Of a stretch of DNA of 64,000 nt, positions 57,501-64,000 are shown piece by piece. Location: assembly GCA_051313645.2 (NCBI GenBank), contig JBNRSN020000028.1, positions 14,694,001 to 14,758,000 of the forward strand, read 5' to 3'. The notes under the pieces were generated by a model that did not search any database, was not told the DNA's origin, and saw only the letters and a list, made by a program, of their open reading frames with translations. The DNA is from Centroscyllium fabricii. Taxonomy: Eukaryota. Each line of letters starts with the position of its first letter. The first letter of the stretch is position 1. The position numbers and the translations under genes were made by a program.

Positions 57501-60500
57501 TACGTGGTGATGAGGGGATTGAGTGTGTTGTCAGTGTGTCTTGTATCAGCAGGAGTCCGTGGTGAGGAGGGGATTGAGCGTGTTGTCAGTGTGTCTTGTA
57601 TTAGCAGGAGTCCGTGGTGAGGAGGCGATTGAGCGTGTTGTCAGTGTGTCTTGTATTAGCAGGAGTCCGTGGTGAGGAGGGGATTGAGTGTGTTGTCAGT
57701 GTGTCTTGTATCAGCAGGAGTCCGTGGTGAGGAGGGGATTGAGTGTGTTGTCAGTGTGTCTTGTATCAGCAGGAGTCCGTGGTGAGGAGGGGATTGAGTG
57801 TGTTGTCAGTGTGTCTTGTATTAGCAGGAGTCCGTGGTGAGATGAGGATTGAGTGTGTTGCCAGTGGGTCTTGTATTAGCAGGGTACGTGGTGAGGAGGG
57901 GATTGAGTGTGTTGTCAGTGTGTCTTGTGTCAGCAGGAGTCCGTGGTGAGGAGGGGATTGAGCGTGTTGTCAGTGTGTCTTGTATTAGCAGGAGTCCGTG
58001 GTGAGGAGGCGATTGAGCGTGTTGTCAGTGTGTCTTGTATTAGCAGGAGTCCGTGGCGAGGAGGGGATAAAGTGTGTTGTCAGTGTGTCTTGTATTAGCA
58101 GGAGTCCGTGGTTAGGAGGGGATTGTGTGTGTTGTCAGTGTGTCTTGTATTAGCAGGGGTCCGTGGTGAGGAATGGATTGAGTGTGTTGCCAGTGGGTCT
58201 TGTATTAGCAGGGGTCCGTGGTGAGGAGGGGATTGAGCGTGTTGTCCGTGTGTCTTGTATTAGCAGGTGTCCGTGGTGAGGAGGGGATTGAGTGTGTTGT
58301 CAGTGTGTCTTGTATTAGCAGGGGTCCGTGGTGAGGAGAGGGTTGAGTGTGTTGTCAGAGTATCTTGTATTAGCAGGAGTCCGTGGTGAGCAGGGGATTG
58401 AGTGTGTTGTCAGTGTGTCTTGTATCAGCAGGATCCGTGGTGAGGAGGGGATTGAGTGTGTTGTCAGTGTGTCTTGTATTAGCAGGGTCCGTGGTGAGGA
58501 GGCGATTGAGTGTGTTGTCAGTGTGTCTTGTATTAGTAGGAGTCCGTGGTGAGGAGGTGATTGAGTGTGTTGTCAGTGTGTCTTGTATTAGCAGGGTCCG
58601 TGGTGAGATGGGGATTGAGTGTGTTGTCAGTGTGTCTTCTATTAGCAGGAGTCCATGGTGAGGAGGGGATTGAGTGTGTTGTCAGTGTGTCTTGTATTAG
58701 CAGGAGTCCGTGGTGAGATGAGGATTGAGTGTGTTGCCAGTGGGTCTTGTATTAGCAGGGTAGGTGGTGAGGAGGGGATTGAGTGTGTTGTCAGTGTGTC
58801 TTGTATTAGCAGGAGTCCGTGGTGAGGAGGCGATTGAGCGTGTTGTCAGTGTGTCTTGTATTAGCAGGAGTCCGTGGTTAGGAGGGGATTGAGTGTGTTG
58901 TCAGTGTGTCTTGTATTAGCAGGTGTCCGTGGTGAGGAGGGGATTGAGTGTGTTGTCAGTGTGTCTTCTATCAGCAGGAGTCCGTGGTGAGGAGGGGATT
59001 GAGTGTGTTGTCAGTGTGTCTTGTATTAGCAGGAGTCCGTGGTGAGATGAGGATTGAGTGTGTTGCCAGCGGGTCTTGTATTAGCAGGGTACGTGGTGAG
59101 GAGGGGATTGAGTGTGTTGTCAGTGTGTCTTGTATCAGCAGGAGTCCGTGGTGAGGAGGGGATTGAGCGTGTTGTCAGTGTGCCTTGTATTAGCAGGAGT
59201 CCGTGGTGATAAGGCGATTGAGCGTGTTGTCAGTGTGTCTTGTATTAGCAGGAGTCCGTGGTTAGGAGGGGATTGAGTGTGTTGTCAGTGTGTCTTGTAT
59301 TAGCAGGGGTCCGTGGTGAGGAGGGGATTGAGTGTGTTGTCAGTGTGTCTTGTATCAGCAGGGTCCGTGGTGAGGAGGGGATTGACTGTGTTGTCAGTGT
59401 GTCTTGTATTAGCAGTAGTCCGTGGTGAGGAGGAGATTGAGCGTGTTGTCAGTGTGTCTTGTATTAGAGGAGTCCGTGGTGAGATGGGGATTGAGTGTGT
59501 TGTCACTGTGTCTTGTATTAGCAGGAGTCCGTGTTAAGGAGGGGATTGAGTGTGTTGCCAGTGGGTCTTGTATTAGCAGGCTCCGTGGTGAGGAGGGGAT
59601 TGAGTGTGTTGTCAGTGTGTCTTGTAGTAGCAGGAGTCCGTGGTGAGGAGGGGATTAAGCGTGTTGTCAGTGTGTCTTGTATTAGAAGGAGTCCGTGTTG
59701 AGGAGGGGATTGAGTTTGTTGCCAGTGTGTCTTGTATCAGCAGGAGTCCGTGGTGAGGAGGGGATTGACTGTGTTGTCAGTGTGTCTTGTATTAGCAGGA
59801 GTCCGTGGTGAGATGAGGATTGAGTGTGTTGCCAGTGGGTCTTGTATTAGCAGGGTACGTGGTGAGGAGGGGATTGAGTGTGTTGTCAGTGTGTCTTCTA
59901 TCAGCAGGTGTCCGTGGTGAGGAGGGGATTGAGCGTGTTGTCAGTGTGTCTTGTATTAGCAGGAGTCCGTGGTGAGGAGGGGATTGAGTGTGTTGTCAGT
60001 GTGTCTTGTATTAGCAGGAGTCCGTGGTGGGGAGGAGATTGAGTGTGTTGTCAGTGTGTCTTGTATCAGCAGGAGTCCGTGGTGAGGAGGGGACTGAGTG
60101 TGTTGTCAGTGTGTCTTGTATTAGCAGGAGTCCGTGGTGAGATGAGGATTGAGTGTGTTGCCAGTGGGTCTTGTATTAGCAGGGTACGTGGTGAGGAGGG
60201 GATTGAGTGTGTTGTCAGTGTGTCTTGTATCAGCAGGAGTCCGTGGTGAGGAGGGGATTGAGCGTGTTGTCAGTGTGTCTTGTATTAGCAGGAGTCCGTG
60301 GTGAGGAGGCGATTGAGCGTGTTGTCAGTGTGTCTTGTATTAGCAGGAGTCCGTGGTGAGGAGGGGATTGAGTGTGTTGTCAGTGTGTCTTGTATCAGCA
60401 GGAGTCCGTGGTGAGGAGGGGATTGAGTGTGTTGTCAGTGTGTCTTGTATCAGCAGGAGTCCGTGGTGAGGAGGGGATTGAGTGTGTTGTCAGTGTGTCT

Positions 60501-63500
60501 TGTATTAGCAGGAGTCCGTGGTGAGATGAGGATTGAGTGTGTTGGCAGTGGGTCTTGTATTAGCAGGGTACGTGGTGAGGAGGGGATTGAGTGTGTTGTC
60601 AGTGTGTCTTGTATCAGCAGGAGTCCGTGGTGAGGAGGGGATTGAGCGTGTTGTCAGTGTGTCTTGTATTAGCAGGATTCCGTGGTGAGGAGGCGATTGA
60701 GCGTGTTGTCAGTGTGTCTTGTATTAGCAGGAGTCCGTGGCGAGGAGGGGATAAAGTGTGTTGTCAGTGTGTCTTGTATTAGCAGGAGTCCGTGGTTAGG
60801 AGGGGATTGAGTGTGTTGTCAGTGTGTCTTGTATTAGCAGGGGTCCGTGGTGAGGAGGGGATTGAGTGTGTTGCCAGTGGGTCTTGTATTAGCAGGGGTC
60901 CGTGGTGAGGAGGGGATTGAGCGTGTTGTCAGTGTGTCTTGTATTAGCAGGAGTCCGTGGTGAGGAGGGGATTGAGTGTGTTGTCAGTGTGTCTTGTATT
61001 AGCAGGGGTCCGTGGTGAGGAGAGGATTGAGTGTGTTGTCAGAGTGTCTTGTGTTAGCAGGAGTCCGTGGTGAGCAGGGGATTGAGTGTGTTGTCAGTGT
61101 GTCTTGTATCAGCAGGGTCCGTGGTGAGGAGGGGATTGAGTGTGTTGTCAGTGTGTCTTGTATTAGTAGGGGTCCGTGGTGAGGAGGTGATTGAGTGTGT
61201 TGTCAGTGTGCCTTGTATTAGCAGGGTCCGTGGTGAGATGGGGATTGAGTGGGTTGTCAGTGTGTCTTGTATTAGCAGGAGTCCGTGGTGAGCAGGGGAT
61301 TGAGTGTGTTGTCAGTGTGTCTTGTATCAGCAGGGTCCGTGGTGAGGAGGCGATTGAGTGTGTTGTCAGTGTGTCTTGTATTAGTAGGGGTCCGTGGTGA
61401 GGAGGTGATTGAGTGTGTTGTCAGTGTGCCTTGTATTAGCAGGGTCCGTGGTGAGATGGGGATTGAGTGTGTTGTCAGTGTGTCTTCTATTAGCAGGAGT
61501 CCATGGTGAGGAGGGGATTGAGTGTGTTGCCAGTGGGTCTTGTATTAGCAGGGTCCGTGGTGAGGAGGTGATTGAGTGTGTTGCCAGTGGGTCTTGTATC
61601 AGCAGGGGTTCGTGGTGAGGAGCGGATTGAGTGTGTTGTAAGTGTGTCTTGCATTAGCAGGAGTCCGTGGTGAGGAGGGGATTGAGTGTGTTGTCAGTGT
61701 GTCTTGTATTATCAGGGGTCCGTGGTGAGGAGGGGATTGAGGGTGTTGTCAGTGTGTCTTGTATTAGCAGGAGTCCGTGGCGAGGAGGGGATTAAGTGTG
61801 TTGTCAGTGTGTCTTGTATTAGCAGGAGTCGTGGTTAGGAGGGGATTGAGTGTGTTGTCAGTGTGTCTTGTATTAGCAGTGGTCCGTGGTGAGGAGGGGA
61901 TTGAGTGTGTTGTCAGTGTGTCTTGTATCAGCAGGGTCCGTGGTGAGGAGGGGATTGAGTGTGTTGTCAGTGTGTCTTCTATTAGCAGGAGTCCGTGGTG
62001 AGGAGGAGATTGAGTGTGTTGTCAGTGTGTCTTGTATTAGCAGGAGTCCGTGGTGAGGAGGGGATTGAGTGTGTTGTCAGTGTGTCTTGTATTAGCAGGA
62101 GTCCGTGGTGGGGAGGGGATTGAGTGTGTTGTCAGTGTGTCTTGTATCAGCAGGAGTCCGTGGTGAGGAGGGGATTGAGTGTGTTGTCAGTGTGTCTTGT
62201 ATTAGCAGGAGTCCGTGGTGAGATGAGGATTGAGTGTGTTGCCAGTGGGTCTTGTATTAGCAGGGTACGTGGTGATGAGGGGATTGAGTGTGTTGTCAGT
62301 GTGTCTTGCATCAGCAGGAGTCCGTGGTGAGGAGGGGATTGAGCGTGTTGTCAGTGTGTCTTGTATTAGCAGGAGTCCGTGGTGAGGAGGCGATTGAGCG
62401 TGTTGTCAGTGTGTCTTGTATTAGCAGGAGTCCGTGGTGAGGAGGGGATTGAGTGTGTTGTCAGTGTGTCTTGTATCAGCAGGAGTCCGTGGTGAGGAGG
62501 GGATTGAGTGTGTTGTCAGTGTGTCTTGTATCAGCAGGAGTCCGTGGTGAGGAGGGGATTGAGTGTGTTGTCAGTGTGTCTTGTATTAGCAGGAGTCCGT
62601 GGTGAGATGAGGATTGAGTGTGTTGCCAGTGGGTCTTGTATTAGCAGGGTACGTGGTGAGGAGGGGATTGAGTGTGTTGTCAGTGTGTCTTGTGTCAGCA
62701 GGAGTCCGTGGTGAGGAGGGGATTGAGCGTGTTGTCAGTGTGTCTTGTATTAGCAGGAGTCCGTGGTGAGGAGGCGATTGAGCGTGTTGTCAGTGTGTCT
62801 TGTATTAGCAGGAGTCCGTGGCGAGGAGGGGATAAAGTGTGTTGTCAGTGTGTCTTGTATTAGCAGGAGTCCGTGGTTATGAGGGGATTGAGTGTGTTGT
62901 CAGTGTGTCTTGTATTAGCAGGGGTCCGTGGTGAGGAGGGGATTGAGTGTGTTGCCAGTGGGTCTTGTATTAGCAGGGGTCCGTGGTGAGGAGGGGATTG
63001 AGCGTGTTGTCAGTGTGTCTTGTATTAGCAGGAGTCCGTGGTGAGGAGGGGATTGAGTGTGTTGTCAGTGTGTCTTGTATTAGCAGGGGTCCGTGGTGAG
63101 GAGAGGGTTGAGTGTGTTGTCAGAGTGTCTTGTATTAGCAGGAGTCCGTGGTGAGCAGGGGATTGAGTGTGTTGTCAGTGTGTCTTGTATCAGCAGGGTC
63201 CGTGGTGAGGAGGGGATTGAGTGTGTTGTCAGTGTGTCTTGTATTAGCAGGGTCCGTGGTGAGGAGGCGATTGAGTGTGTTGTCAGTGTGTCTTGTATTA
63301 GTAGGAGTCCGTGGTGAGGAGGTGATTGAGTGTGTTGTCAGTGTGTCTTGTATTAGCAGGGTCCGTGGTGAGATGGGGATTGAGTGTGTTGTCAGTGTGT
63401 CTTCTATTAGCAGGAGTCCATGGTGAGGAGGGGATTGAGTGTGTTGCCAGTGGGTCTTGTATTAGCAGGGTCCGTGGTGAGGAGGTGATTGAGTGTGTTG

Positions 63501-64000
63501 CCAGTGGGTCTTGTATCAGCAGGGGTCCGTTGTGAGGAGCGGATTGAGTGTGTTGTAAGTGTGTCTTGTATTAGCAGGAGTCCGTGGTGAGGAGGGGATT
63601 GAGTGTGTTGTCAGTGTGTCTTGTATTAGCAGGGGTCCGTGGTGAGGAGGGGATTGAGGGTGTTGTCAGTGTGTCTTGTATTAGCAGGAGTCCGTGGCGA
63701 GGAGGGGATTAAGTGTGTTGTCAGTGTGTCTTGTATTAGCAGGAGTCCGTGGTTAGGAGGGGATTGAGTGTGTTGTCAGTGTGTCTTGTATTAGCAGTGG
63801 TCCGTGGTGAGGAGGGGATTGAGTGTGTTGTCAGTGTGTCTTGTATCAGCAGGGTCCGTGGTGAGGAGGGGATTGAGTGTGTTGTCAGTGTGTCTTCTAT
63901 TAGCAGGAGTCCGTGGTGAGGAGGAGATTGAGTGTGTTGTCAGTGTGTCTTGTATTAGCAGGGGTCCGGGTTGAGGAGGGGACTGAGTTTGTTGTCAGTG
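45542..64000 (+). repeat. 55-bp satellite array, segment 4 (runs off the window)
   Basis: Same monomer and orientation; includes a near-perfect 6081-bp tandem duplication. Confidence 0.99.

Noticed and set aside
7295-63535. The many 60-96 aa ORFs such as MCCQCVLYQQESVVRRGL and MVRRGLSVLSVCLV
   Set aside because: Translations of the 55/54-bp satellite, opened by non-ATG starts and single-base deletion variants; no coding signal.
6191-64000. CRISPR-like or antigen-cassette array
   Set aside because: Monomers are contiguous with no unique spacers, no cas genes, and the context is eukaryotic.

Overview
Eukaryotic, entirely repeat-derived window with no host gene. It is probably from a shark or ray, inferred from the LINE fragments at 1-388, 5420-5540 and 5694-5777. 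Left end: a full-length, very young Ty3/Gypsy LTR retrotransposon (394-5414; identical 261-bp LTRs, GTGGG target-site duplication, gag plus PR-RT-RH-IN) inserted into an old LINE. From 6191 to the end is a G/T-rich 55-bp satellite in one orientation, with nested higher-order repeats (218, 274, 384, 821 and 6081 bp periods) and multi-kb block duplications. The array is interrupted by two copies of one 1015-bp 5'-truncated RTE-X-like LINE and by a composite at 37983-43484: a non-autonomous sushi/Tf1-like LTR element (large LTRs, 166-bp interior) plus a decayed Tx1/L1 LINE. Main observations: (i) neither LTR element has a tRNA primer site; each has a 14-15 nt PBS perfectly complementary to its own LTR (Tf1-type self-priming signature), and in the Gypsy this occurs in an element with a YLDN reverse transcriptase and no visible chromodomain; (ii) the gag/pol junction has an in-phase U-UUU-UUA slippery site plus a stem-loop whose loop holds a C11 tract that decides which frame reaches pol; (iii) empty, filled and duplicated-filled versions of one insertion site coexist, giving a relative clock for array growth. 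All comparisons were made by eye and no database searches were run.
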